Assembly: GCA_045535785.1 (NCBI GenBank)
Contig: JAZSMH010000060.1
Span: 66,560-130,559, forward strand
Reading direction: 5' to 3'
Source: Clostridia bacterium
GTDB taxonomy: Bacteria; Bacillota; Clostridia; Christensenellales; DTU072
Length of the DNA: 64,000 nucleotides
This document shows positions 1-8,488 of the stretch, one piece after another; position 1 is the first letter of the stretch, and each line of letters starts with the position of its first letter. The notes under the pieces are model-generated. The model was not told where the DNA came from. It worked only from the letters and a program-made list of their open reading frames with translations, and searched no databases. The position numbers and the translations under genes were made by a program.

Positions 1-1729
1 CGATGGGGATATCCCAAACTGCGTAAAGCGTGACGTGGTCGGTGATAATATATGGGAAAGTTATCCTTTCGCCCGTGCCTTGGGTATTAAGATACCAACC
101 TACGAATATAAAGCCGTCTTTTTCGGTATAAGGCTCTCTTTCTACCAAAACACCGTGAATAGAGTTGCTCTCGAAAATCAAATTGTGATCCTTTAGGTCT
201 TCTCCGCCTTGCAAATCAAAAGTAACGGTAAAGGTAGTGCTTGCTTTACCTGTAGCGGAAAAAATACTGCTACTTTCTTTCCAAAAGTGCTTGTAGATAG
301 CGAGGGTGTTATCGGGAATAACTACTTTTGCTAAAGCACTGCCGTAAAACACGTATTCACCTAAAACGGGGGGAACTTTGTTGACTAACTCAACGCTTTC
401 TAGCTTCTTACAAGAGGAAAATGCGCCGTCACCGATAGAAACTAGATTGCTGTCTTCTTTTTGCGTAACCTTGGTAAGTCTATCGGCATAGCTAAACGCG
501 TAACTCGATATACTCTCTATCGTCTTAGGTAAAATTATTTCGTTAAGAGTCTTGTTGGCATAAAAAGAAAACGCGCCTAAATTAGTAACGCCTTCGGGTA
601 TGGTAAAAATACCGCCCTCTACCGTTTTGCTTGCAGGGAAAAAGTAAAGTTCTGTCTTATCAACGTTATACAAAATGCCGTCTTTAGTTGAAAAAATATC
701 GCTACTATTAATCGTTATCTTCTCTAAATTGCTCGCATCTAAAAGGGCGTCTACAAAGTCTGTTGCGGTAAAATTATCGCCTAGAATTATCTCTTGTAGA
801 TTGTAGGCAACGGATAGCGCGTCCTTACTTACGCTGGTGACGTTATCTACTATTCTTAAGGTGCTATTCGTTGACGAAACGGGGCGAGATAATAATTTAA
901 TTCCGTTGTCAATTCTCAAATAAAGGTTACCATTATCGCTAAAAAGGTTCCCTAAACCTTGTTTTACTTCAAATTCTTGCAAACTTGTGATAACTGAAAA
1001 ATCTTCGTCGCCCGTAATACTAACTCCGCTATCAAGTATCAATTTTTTTAGGTTAAGGGTGTTGCCAAAAGCGGTATCGGAAAAGGGCTTAGATAACGTG
1101 AATGCTTCTTCTTTCTTTGCATTGGGATAAAGGATAAGTTTTTCACTGTTATAAAGCACGCCGTCTTCTACCAAAAAATTGTCGTTATCACTACTTACCA
1201 TTACTTCTTCAAGGTCAAGGCAGGTGTGGAAGTCTTGATTAATATAGGTAACGTTCTTACCTATATACAAGAATTTTAAATTGCGGTAAGCGTTAATTAA
1301 ACTACGCTCTTTTATGCCTATAACGGGTTTATTGTTATAGGTGTCGGGAATGACGATAGATATACTTTCTTTATCAAGTTTGGTTACTTCGTAGCCGTTG
1401 TCGGTTAAAGCGTACTCGGTGTTGTCGTTACCCTTTGATAGTGACGTCCATTTTGCGTAAAGGGTGCAAGTTGAGCCCGCTAAAAAGGGAAATTCTACCC
1501 TATCTTCATACTTTGTATCAAAATACCAACCTTCGAGAAGATATCCCGCCTTTTTGCTAATAGGGGCGGTAGAGATGGTTTTGTCTGTAACTGAAGAAAC
1601 GTTACTACCACCGTCGGTATTAAAGGTGACGGTTATCTCCGCAAGGGGCGCGCGCTCGCTACACGCGCATAGAAGCATACTTAGTATAAAAACTATACTG
1701 ATAAAAATAAGAGCTCTTCTATTCTTCAA
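1..1729 (-). CDS. Lipoprotein with BspA-type leucine-rich repeats and Listeria-Bacteroides (Flg_new-like) repeats; partial, 3' end runs off the window
   Basis: Absent from the ORF track because there is no in-window stop. Manual minus-strand translation from TTG at 1729 (GGAG about 12 nt upstream) gives MKNRRALIFISIVFILSMLLCAC, a signal peptide plus lipobox. This is followed by a GYLLEGWYFD...LYAKW repeat and then many '..I.IP..V..IG..AF..' LRR_5-like units. It ends GFIFVGWYLNTQGTGERITFPYIITDHVTLYAVWDIPI at position 2. The frame is open for 576 codons. Confidence 0.8.
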   Translation of the reverse strand, partial: MKNRRALIFISIVFILSMLLCACSERAPLAEITVTFNTDGGSNVSSVTDKTISTAPISKKAGYLLEGWYFDTKYEDRVEFPFLAGSTCTLYAKWTSLSKGNDNTEYALTDNGYEVTKLDKESISIVIPDTYNNKPVIGIKERSLINAYRNLKFLYIGKNVTYINQDFHTCLDLEEVMVSSDNDNFLVEDGVLYNSEKLILYPNAKKEEAFTLSKPFSDTAFGNTLNLKKLILDSGVSITGDEDFSVITSLQEFEVKQGLGNLFSDNGNLYLRIDNGIKLLSRPVSSTNSTLRIVDNVTSVSKDALSVAYNLQEIILGDNFTATDFVDALLDASNLEKITINSSDIFSTKDGILYNVDKTELYFFPASKTVEGGIFTIPEGVTNLGAFSFYANKTLNEIILPKTIESISSYAFSYADRLTKVTQKEDSNLVSIGDGAFSSCKKLESVELVNKVPPVLGEYVFYGSALAKVVIPDNTLAIYKHFWKESSSIFSATGKASTTFTVTFDLQGGEDLKDHNLIFESNSIHGVLVEREPYTEKDGFIFVGWYLNTQGTGERITFPYIITDHVTLYAVWDIPI

Positions 1730-3263
1730 GGTGTATTATCTCCGGGGGGAATTTTTTTAGTCCGCGTCTTAATTCGTCACCCGATATTACGGGGAAAAGC
1801 TTGCGCGGTTTTATATTCGTGCCTTTTGTCAACTTAATTAAATAATTACTCGAAAGAATTTCGCGTAAAAAACGGATATCTTCGTCGGCAGGCTCGATAT
1901 CGGCGTTCTTGCACATCTTAGCAAACTTCTTGACACTATTAGCTAGGTATGACGGATTGAGCGGTAAAAAGTCGGCATCGACTATGGTCGCTGATAGAAT
2001 AGAGTTGTAAATTTCTTTCCAAATACTAGAACCGCGTAATTTTAGTCTAACGATACTCGTGTATACGCCTGCTTTTTCGAAACTGACGGCAAGTTTACCT
2101 TCGTACCCCGTTTCTATTAAAGCTATAATGATAACGGACTTCACTCTATCGGATACTAGGGGTGAAATTAGGCATGAATGGATAACTTCTAGCGCGTCAA
2201 GGTCGTTTTCGTAATCAACCTTTTTTATTACGCTAATACACCTATCGGCATCGGTGACAACGTGAAGTACACCGTTTAGTTTTTCTAAAAACTCTTGTCT
2301 TTCTATAAATATTCCGTCTTCAAAATATCTAAGGTCGTCTTTTATCCAAAATTCTGATACGTAGGGAAAGTCGGGCACAACGTGCTCGCTAAACATTCTC
2401 TCATAGATATAGTAAGGGGGCTTGAATTCTTGCGAGCAAGCTTTGAATTGGTACCAAAACTTATCGCCTTTTTCTTTGTCGCCTAAGATATAGTTACATG
2501 CGGATAGGTAGAAAAGCAAGGTAAGGTTAACTTCGTTATCCTTGTAACAACCTTCAAAGCACATTCTTGCGCAATCGTATTCTTGCTCGTCAAAATAAGC
2601 CTTGGCTATGCCGAAAAGGATACGCGTATCTTCTACGTCTTTGGCAACGAATTCTGCACCCGCCACCATGACGGTACGCGTTTGTTCCGAACCTTGCAAC
2701 AAAAGTCTTACAAAATCGGGGCTTTTGGCTGCGTAGATACCCGAAAGAAGGATCATTCTGTACGTATGCTTGGTTAGATCTATCTTTTCGCCTGCATTGA
2801 TGGCTTTAATTAATATCTCCATAGCGGCGTCAAGTCCTGCAATATCGGGCGGAAGGTCGCAAAGAATGTCTAGTCCTTGCTCGTAATTACCGACAAGCAA
2901 ATTATTGCACGCATCGTTGTAACCTAGGACGGTTTCGCTGTCGGCAAGGGGTATCTCTTCTTCTATCTCGATAATGGGTTCTTCGGTAGGGAAAAACTTA
3001 TCGTAATCTAGTCTATAATATCCTTTTTTTGCGCAACACAAACACCCCCTAAATAGCATATTCCTTGCTAAAATAGGGTTACCGCAATTTGCGTACATGT
3101 CGGCAAAACACTTATAGACCGCCATTTTTTCTTCACCTTCGTTAGCAAGAGAAAGTGCTTCGTAAAGGTTCTGCACGCACATTAAATAATTGTCGTCGGT
3201 GATTGCTTTGCCTGCAAACTTTATTAAATCTTTTAACGACGGGTTAAATTCAATTACTCCCAA
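1719..3263 (-). CDS. Hypothetical 514-aa cytoplasmic protein, helical/TPR-like, unknown function
   Basis: Long ORF. It overlaps hslO by 10 nt at its 5' end and the downstream LRR lipoprotein start by 11 nt, which suggests translational coupling. I recognise no catalytic motif. Confidence 0.75.
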   Translation of the reverse strand: MGVIEFNPSLKDLIKFAGKAITDDNYLMCVQNLYEALSLANEGEEKMAVYKCFADMYANCGNPILARNMLFRGCLCCAKKGYYRLDYDKFFPTEEPIIEIEEEIPLADSETVLGYNDACNNLLVGNYEQGLDILCDLPPDIAGLDAAMEILIKAINAGEKIDLTKHTYRMILLSGIYAAKSPDFVRLLLQGSEQTRTVMVAGAEFVAKDVEDTRILFGIAKAYFDEQEYDCARMCFEGCYKDNEVNLTLLFYLSACNYILGDKEKGDKFWYQFKACSQEFKPPYYIYERMFSEHVVPDFPYVSEFWIKDDLRYFEDGIFIERQEFLEKLNGVLHVVTDADRCISVIKKVDYENDLDALEVIHSCLISPLVSDRVKSVIIIALIETGYEGKLAVSFEKAGVYTSIVRLKLRGSSIWKEIYNSILSATIVDADFLPLNPSYLANSVKKFAKMCKNADIEPADEDIRFLREILSSNYLIKLTKGTNIKPRKLFPVISGDELRRGLKKFPPEIIHLEE

Positions 3264-4117
3264 AGTTTGTCCGCCTCCTCACGTCCGTATACGTATCTCG
3301 TTTCGCAAAAGTGGCATACTATTTCTATTTTGCCCACTTCTTCTATGATTTCGTCACATTCTTTTTTGCCTAAACTACGCAAAGTGCTCTCTATTCTCTC
3401 TCTACTACAATTACACTTCAACGTAATCTCTTCTTCTTCGTAGCTTTCGCTATTAAGGTGTGCAAAATAAAAATCAAATATTTCGCTCGCGCTCATGTTA
3501 GCAAGTATTTCGCTAACGTTAGTAAAATTACTCATGACGTCTTCTATCATAAATAGTTCTTCTTCTAATAATCCGGGTAGTGCTTCTACGATAACACCGC
3601 CTGCGCCTATGCAACCGCTAGCGTCTACTCTAACGCCTAGCGCAACGGCACTATGGATACCTTCGCTACTGAATAGATATTGGGTAAAGTCTTCGGCAAT
3701 TTCGCCCGTTACTAGTTTACATCTGCCAACGTATGGTTCTTTTAGACCGAAATCTTTGATAACGGTGATAAAACCCTCCGTTCCTACCCCTTTACCTACG
3801 TCTAGATGTCCGTTTTCTTTCAAGGGAAGTTCTAGATCGGGATTGGTTACGTAGCCTCTAATACAGTTACCGCCGTTACCTGCGACTACTATGCTACCTA
3901 ATTCTCCGCCACCGTTTATCGTCATACTAAAAGTAGCGTTCTCGCTCTTTAAGTTATTGCTAATATACGCGCCTGCGGTCATTGCTCTACCTAGCGCAGC
4001 CGTTGATAGCGGTGAAAGATTATGAATTTTTATTTCTTCATTGACTATATCTTTGAGGTCTATAACGGCGACTCTTGCTTTGCCGTCGAAAATAAGACCT
4101 TTTTTTATCACGTTCAT
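3254..4117 (-). CDS. hslO: Hsp33 redox-regulated chaperone
   Basis: 287 aa. The C-terminal zinc centre CxC...CxxC is present (LKCNCSRERI...VCHFCETRYVY), as is typical of Hsp33. Confidence 0.9.
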   Translation of the reverse strand: MNVIKKGLIFDGKARVAVIDLKDIVNEEIKIHNLSPLSTAALGRAMTAGAYISNNLKSENATFSMTINGGGELGSIVVAGNGGNCIRGYVTNPDLELPLKENGHLDVGKGVGTEGFITVIKDFGLKEPYVGRCKLVTGEIAEDFTQYLFSSEGIHSAVALGVRVDASGCIGAGGVIVEALPGLLEEELFMIEDVMSNFTNVSEILANMSASEIFDFYFAHLNSESYEEEEITLKCNCSRERIESTLRSLGKKECDEIIEEVGKIEIVCHFCETRYVYGREEADKLWE

Positions 4118-4142
4118 TTTTACCTCGTAAATTATAACTAAG

Positions 4143-4781
4143 TTATAACGCTCTTATTTTTTGCTCTAGTATAGATAGGTTATCCGCTCTAAAGAGTATA
4201 TCGTATTTAGCTAGTTCTTCTTCTATACCGAAGCCGTAATTGACGATGCATACGGGGATATGGGCTAAAAGTGCGCCTTCTGCATCGTAATGGGTATCCC
4301 CTATAAGGATACAATCATCTTTATCAATGCCGTAAGTATTGATTAATTCTTCCAAAACTTGGACTTTGTGCAATCTATTAAGATCGTGTCTTGAACCGAA
4401 AGCACCGGTAAAATACTGCGATATATTGAATATATCGAGAATTTTTTTCGCGGTAAATTCGTTCTTGGTGGTCGCTAGATATAACTTGTAGTCCTTGCTT
4501 AGACTTTTTAATAAAGGTTCCACTCCGTCGTAGAGTGAATTTACTTTGCCTAAATCAAAGGTCTTGTACACTTCGCGAAAATGCGTACAAGTTGCCTTGA
4601 TATCTTCTTCTTTTACGTAATCTTTGATAACGTGTTCTATCGGTGGGCCTATAAAGGAACGCAACACACTTATATCGGGAGTGGGCAAATTTAGCTCTTG
4701 AAAGAGTTTTTTGTACACTCCCATTATGCACTCGCTACTATTAAGCAAAGTGCCGTCTAAATCGAATATAAGGTGTAACAT
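4143..4781 (-). CDS. HAD-superfamily hydrolase (phosphoglycolate phosphatase-like, subfamily IA)
   Basis: N-terminal DxDGT motif (FDLDGTLLNS). A distal GDTxxD motif (LIGDTHYDAEGA). 212 aa. Confidence 0.8.
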   Translation of the reverse strand: MLHLIFDLDGTLLNSSECIMGVYKKLFQELNLPTPDISVLRSFIGPPIEHVIKDYVKEEDIKATCTHFREVYKTFDLGKVNSLYDGVEPLLKSLSKDYKLYLATTKNEFTAKKILDIFNISQYFTGAFGSRHDLNRLHKVQVLEELINTYGIDKDDCILIGDTHYDAEGALLAHIPVCIVNYGFGIEEELAKYDILFRADNLSILEQKIRAL

Positions 4782-4784
4782 TAT

Positions 4785-7400
4785 TTATTGCAAGTCCTTA
4801 ATTTGCTTTTCTATCTTCTCAAGAAGTTGCTTGTTAAGAACTAGCTTTTCTTTTTCTTTGTCGATAAGCGCTTGAGGTGCTTTAGCAACGAAGCCTGCGT
4901 TGTTGAGCATACCTTCGCTACGCTTAATTTCGCCAATAACCTTTGCTTTTTCTTTATTAAGACGAGCGGTTTCTTTCTCGGTGTCAACCAATTCGCCTAG
5001 CGGGATAAATAATTCTGCGCCTACGGTTACCGCTTGGCAGAGTTTTTCGCCTGCTTGTGCTTTGTCGCTAACGAAAGTTATTTCGGTAACGCCTGCGAGC
5101 TTTTCTATGTAGGTTGACGCGCGTGCGTATACGTCTTGCTTGTCGGTAAGTAGGAATAAATGTACGCGTTTAGATACGGGTACGTCCATTTCTGCTCTTA
5201 TATTACGGATTTTACCTATTACTTCTTTGACAAGTTCGAAGTTCTCGTATGCTTCGCTAAAATCGAGACTCTCAACGTATTCGGGGTATTTTTCGAGCAT
5301 TACGGTATCGCTAATATTTAGATAAGTCCAAATTTCTTCGGTAATGAAGGGCACGAAGGGGTGCATTAGCTTGATAATATCGGTCAATACGTATTTTAGT
5401 ACCGAAAGTGCGCTTAGTTTCTTTTGTTCGTCGGTGCTATAAAGCATGGGCTTGGTAAGTTCTATATACCAATCGCAGTAGTCGCTCCAAACGAAGTCGT
5501 ATAATTTTGCTAAAGCTAGGCCTATTTCGTACTTATCAAGGTTCTTTCTTACGTCTTTAACTACGTTTTGAAGTTTGGTAAGTATCCACTTGTCGGCGTC
5601 GGTTAACGTTACGTCTTCTAATTTTAACGTTTGTTTGCCTTCAAGGTTCATGATAACGTAACGAGAAGCGTTCCAAACCTTGTTCATAAAGTTACGGCTT
5701 GATTCCATTCTGTCGTCGCTAAATCTTATGTCACCACCGGGTGCAACGCCCGTGCATAGTGAATAACGAAGGCTGTCTGCACCGAATTTGTCGATAAGAA
5801 GTAAGGGATCAACACCGTTACCTAAACTCTTACTCATCTTCCTACCTTGCGAGTCGCGGACGATACCGTGGATAAGCACTTCGGGGAAGGGTGTTTCGCC
5901 CATGTGTTCTATACCAGAGAAAATCATTCTTGCTACCCAGAAGAATATAATATCGTAAGCGGTAACTAACAAATTAGTGGGATAGAAATATTCTAGATCT
6001 TCCGTTTTTTCGGGGAAGCCTAGCGTGCTAAACGGCCAAAGTGCGGACGAGAACCAAGTATCGAGTACGTCTTCTTCTTGTCTTAGGTGCGACTTACCGC
6101 ATTTAGGGCAAACGGTGGGATCGGTTTTGCTTACTATCATTTCGCCACAGTCGTCACAGTACCAACAAGGAATACGATGTCCCCACCAAAGTTGACGAGA
6201 GATACACCAGTCTTTTATATTTTCCATCCAATTAAAGTAGATTTTATCGAAACGCTTGGGAATAAATTGCGTTTTGTCGCTTCTTACTACGTCGATAGCG
6301 GGTTTTGCTAGTTCTTCCATTTTTAGATACCATTGTTCGCAAACTCTAGGTTCGATTGCGCTATGGCAACGGTAGCAAACGCCTACGTTGTGGTTATAAG
6401 GTTCGATTTTTTCTACCAAATCAAGGGCTTTTAGGTCTTCTACGATGGCTTTGCGCGCTTCTTCTCTAGTCATGCCTTGGTATTTGCCTGCTAGTTCGTT
6501 CATGAATCCCCTATCGTCTATAACGGTGATAACTTCTAAATTGTGGCGTTTGCCTACTTCAAAGTCGTTGGGATCGTGTGCGGGGGTGATCTTAACCGCA
6601 CCTGTGCCGAAGCCTAGTTCTACGTAATCGTCGGCAATAACGGGGATAAGTCTATCTACTAGGGGTAGCTTCATGGTTTTACCGATGACGTCTTTATATT
6701 GTTCATCATTGGGGTTAACCGCCACCGCGGTGTCGCCTAGCATGGTTTCGGGACGGGTGGTAGCTACTACCATATATCCGCTACCGTCTGTATAGGGATA
6801 GCGAAGGTGCCATAGGTAAGATGCTTGTTCTTCGTATTCTATCTCCGCATCGCTAATTGCGGTACCACAACCTGGGCACCAGTGAGTCATACGATTGCCG
6901 CGGTAGATAAGGCCTTTGTTATAAAGGTTAACGAAAACTTCTCTAACTGCTTTGCTACACTTTTTGTCCATAGTGAACGCTTCTCTAGTCCAGTCGCAGC
7001 TTGAGCCTAGACGTTTGAGTTGTTCTACTATTCTTCCACCGTATTGGTCTTTCCACTTATACGCGCGTTCTAAAAACGCTTCTCTACCGATACTTTCTTT
7101 AGATAGACCTTCTTTTTGTATTTGCTCAACGATTTTTAACTCGGTAGCAATACTTGCGTGGTCGGTACCCGGTACCCATAGGGTGCAGTAGCCATCCATA
7201 CGTTTATATCTTACGATGATATCTTGTAAGGTGTTGTTAAGTGCGTGTCCCATGTGAAGTTGTCCCGTGATATTGGGTGGTGGGATAACTATACTGAAGG
7301 GTTTTTTCGTCTTGTCGATTTTCGGTGTAAAATAACCTTCTTTACACCATTTAGCATAAATACGCTGTTCAAATTCTTGAGGCGTAAAAGTCTTGTTCAT
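4785..7400 (-). CDS. valS: Valine--tRNA ligase
   Basis: 871 aa. Class I motifs HMGH (QLHMGHALN) and KMSKS are present, and there is a C-terminal coiled coil. Confidence 0.97.
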   Translation of the reverse strand: MNKTFTPQEFEQRIYAKWCKEGYFTPKIDKTKKPFSIVIPPPNITGQLHMGHALNNTLQDIIVRYKRMDGYCTLWVPGTDHASIATELKIVEQIQKEGLSKESIGREAFLERAYKWKDQYGGRIVEQLKRLGSSCDWTREAFTMDKKCSKAVREVFVNLYNKGLIYRGNRMTHWCPGCGTAISDAEIEYEEQASYLWHLRYPYTDGSGYMVVATTRPETMLGDTAVAVNPNDEQYKDVIGKTMKLPLVDRLIPVIADDYVELGFGTGAVKITPAHDPNDFEVGKRHNLEVITVIDDRGFMNELAGKYQGMTREEARKAIVEDLKALDLVEKIEPYNHNVGVCYRCHSAIEPRVCEQWYLKMEELAKPAIDVVRSDKTQFIPKRFDKIYFNWMENIKDWCISRQLWWGHRIPCWYCDDCGEMIVSKTDPTVCPKCGKSHLRQEEDVLDTWFSSALWPFSTLGFPEKTEDLEYFYPTNLLVTAYDIIFFWVARMIFSGIEHMGETPFPEVLIHGIVRDSQGRKMSKSLGNGVDPLLLIDKFGADSLRYSLCTGVAPGGDIRFSDDRMESSRNFMNKVWNASRYVIMNLEGKQTLKLEDVTLTDADKWILTKLQNVVKDVRKNLDKYEIGLALAKLYDFVWSDYCDWYIELTKPMLYSTDEQKKLSALSVLKYVLTDIIKLMHPFVPFITEEIWTYLNISDTVMLEKYPEYVESLDFSEAYENFELVKEVIGKIRNIRAEMDVPVSKRVHLFLLTDKQDVYARASTYIEKLAGVTEITFVSDKAQAGEKLCQAVTVGAELFIPLGELVDTEKETARLNKEKAKVIGEIKRSEGMLNNAGFVAKAPQALIDKEKEKLVLNKQLLEKIEKQIKDLQ

Positions 7401-7451
7401 AATAATTTTCCTTTATTTCTGTATTTATTTTTCCACTACGCGTGGTGCGGC

Positions 7452-7631
7452 AGGTGGCGACCTGCAACGCAGTTGGTCGGTTAAGTATTATCTAAATAAT
7501 TAACTTACTATGCGTAATAAGTCTTCTCATTATTAATTATCTTAATTAGGTGGCGACCTGCAACGCAGTTGGTCGGTTAAGTATTATCTAAATAATTAAC
7601 TTACTATGCGTAATAAGTCTTCTCATTATTA
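7452..7631. repeat. Perfect 84-bp direct repeat x2 (7452-7535 and 7548-7631) separated by a 12-bp spacer, in the valS 5' leader
   Basis: Both copies read aggtggcgacctgcaacgcagttggtcggttaagtattatctaaataattaacttactatgcgtaataagtcttctcattatta. The period is 96 bp. Each copy contains a GC-rich hairpin (cgacctgc..gcag..gtcg) and AT-rich hairpins (taataa..ttatta). Confidence 0.95.
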
Positions 7632-7665
7632 GTGAGTGTCCTTGCAAGCATGTTGGCTCTTAAGT

Positions 7666-7702
7666 GTTGATTGCTAAAATTAGTTTATTTTTAGCAATCA
7701 AC
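7666..7702 (-). terminator. 14-bp perfect palindrome downstream of the pgsA-like gene; possible weak or bidirectional terminator
   Basis: gttgattgctaaaa-N9-ttttagcaatcaac. There is no separate U-tail on the minus sense. Confidence 0.4.
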
Positions 7703-7717
7703 ATTACGCAATATTTT

Positions 7718-8473
7718 TTAGTCGTTGTTTTCTTCGGTTTCTGCTACTTCTTCGGTTGCTACTTCTTCGGTTGTTTCTTCGGTTGCTACTTCGCCTGCTG
7801 CTTTCTTTGCCTTGTTTTCTTTAAGTTGCTTGAAAGTGCCGATAGCGTAGTTAACTGCGGCGGACCAGTTGAGTACTAGACCGATGGTAACTACTATCCA
7901 GTCGATACCGTAGTCGCCCCAAAGCTTAGAAATGTGTTCGTGGAAGAAGCACAAAATGATACCGCAACTGATGATAGCGGAAGCAACTTTACCGAGCATA
8001 TTAGCTTGAACGTTAACTGCATTGATAACGAATGCGCCTACTACTATCATAGCGAGCTCTCTCATAACGAGTGCGATGATGAATGCCCAATGTAGATAGG
8101 GGCTGCCGTTTGACGTGGTAGCGATAGCAAGTGCTACTAGTGCGCCGATGTGCATAGCTTTGTCTGCAACGGGATCGATTGCTTGACCTAAATACGTACC
8201 TTGGTCGTGCTTAACGGTGTATTTACCGATTTTGGTACCAGCCTTATACTTACGAGCGATTTTGCCATCGAATACGTCGGTGCATGCTGCAAAAATCATG
8301 ATGCCTAGTGCTAGGTATACCCACCAACTTGCGTATGCGTTAGCTTCGCTTGCTCTACTACCTAAAATAAGTAGCGTCATGTACACGGGTACGCAAAGTA
8401 TTCTGATAAGAACTAGTAAGTTAGGGATCGTACATACCGTGTGACGGTTAATAATTAATCTTTTTTCTGCCAT
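7718..8473 (-). CDS. CDP-alcohol phosphatidyltransferase (PgsA-like) with an acidic repetitive C-terminal tail
   Basis: DG(x2)AR...G(x3)D(x3)D motif present (DVFDGKIARK...GQAIDPVADK). Multiple TM segments. The tail reads EVATEETTEEVATEEVAETEENND. RBS GGAG lies upstream. Confidence 0.8.
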   Translation of the reverse strand: MAEKRLIINRHTVCTIPNLLVLIRILCVPVYMTLLILGSRASEANAYASWWVYLALGIMIFAACTDVFDGKIARKYKAGTKIGKYTVKHDQGTYLGQAIDPVADKAMHIGALVALAIATTSNGSPYLHWAFIIALVMRELAMIVVGAFVINAVNVQANMLGKVASAIISCGIILCFFHEHISKLWGDYGIDWIVVTIGLVLNWSAAVNYAIGTFKQLKENKAKKAAGEVATEETTEEVATEEVAETEENND

Positions 8474-8488
8474 GATTAATCTCCTTTT

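Noticed and set aside
1464-1760. A 98-aa plus-strand ORF
   Set aside because: It is antisense to the N-terminal, signal-peptide-encoding part of the LRR lipoprotein gene and spans the junction of two minus-strand genes.
7540-7565. The plus-strand sequence aattaggtggcgacctgc resembles the T-box consensus AATTAGGGTGGTACCGCG
   Set aside because: It is on the strand antisense to valS, and no plus-strand gene lies downstream. The aatt prefix exists only for the second copy. I treat it as coincidence.
7452-7631. Could the 84-bp repeats be a CRISPR array?
   Set aside because: There are only two copies. The units are 84 bp with a 12-bp spacer, which is the wrong geometry, and there are no cas genes in the window.
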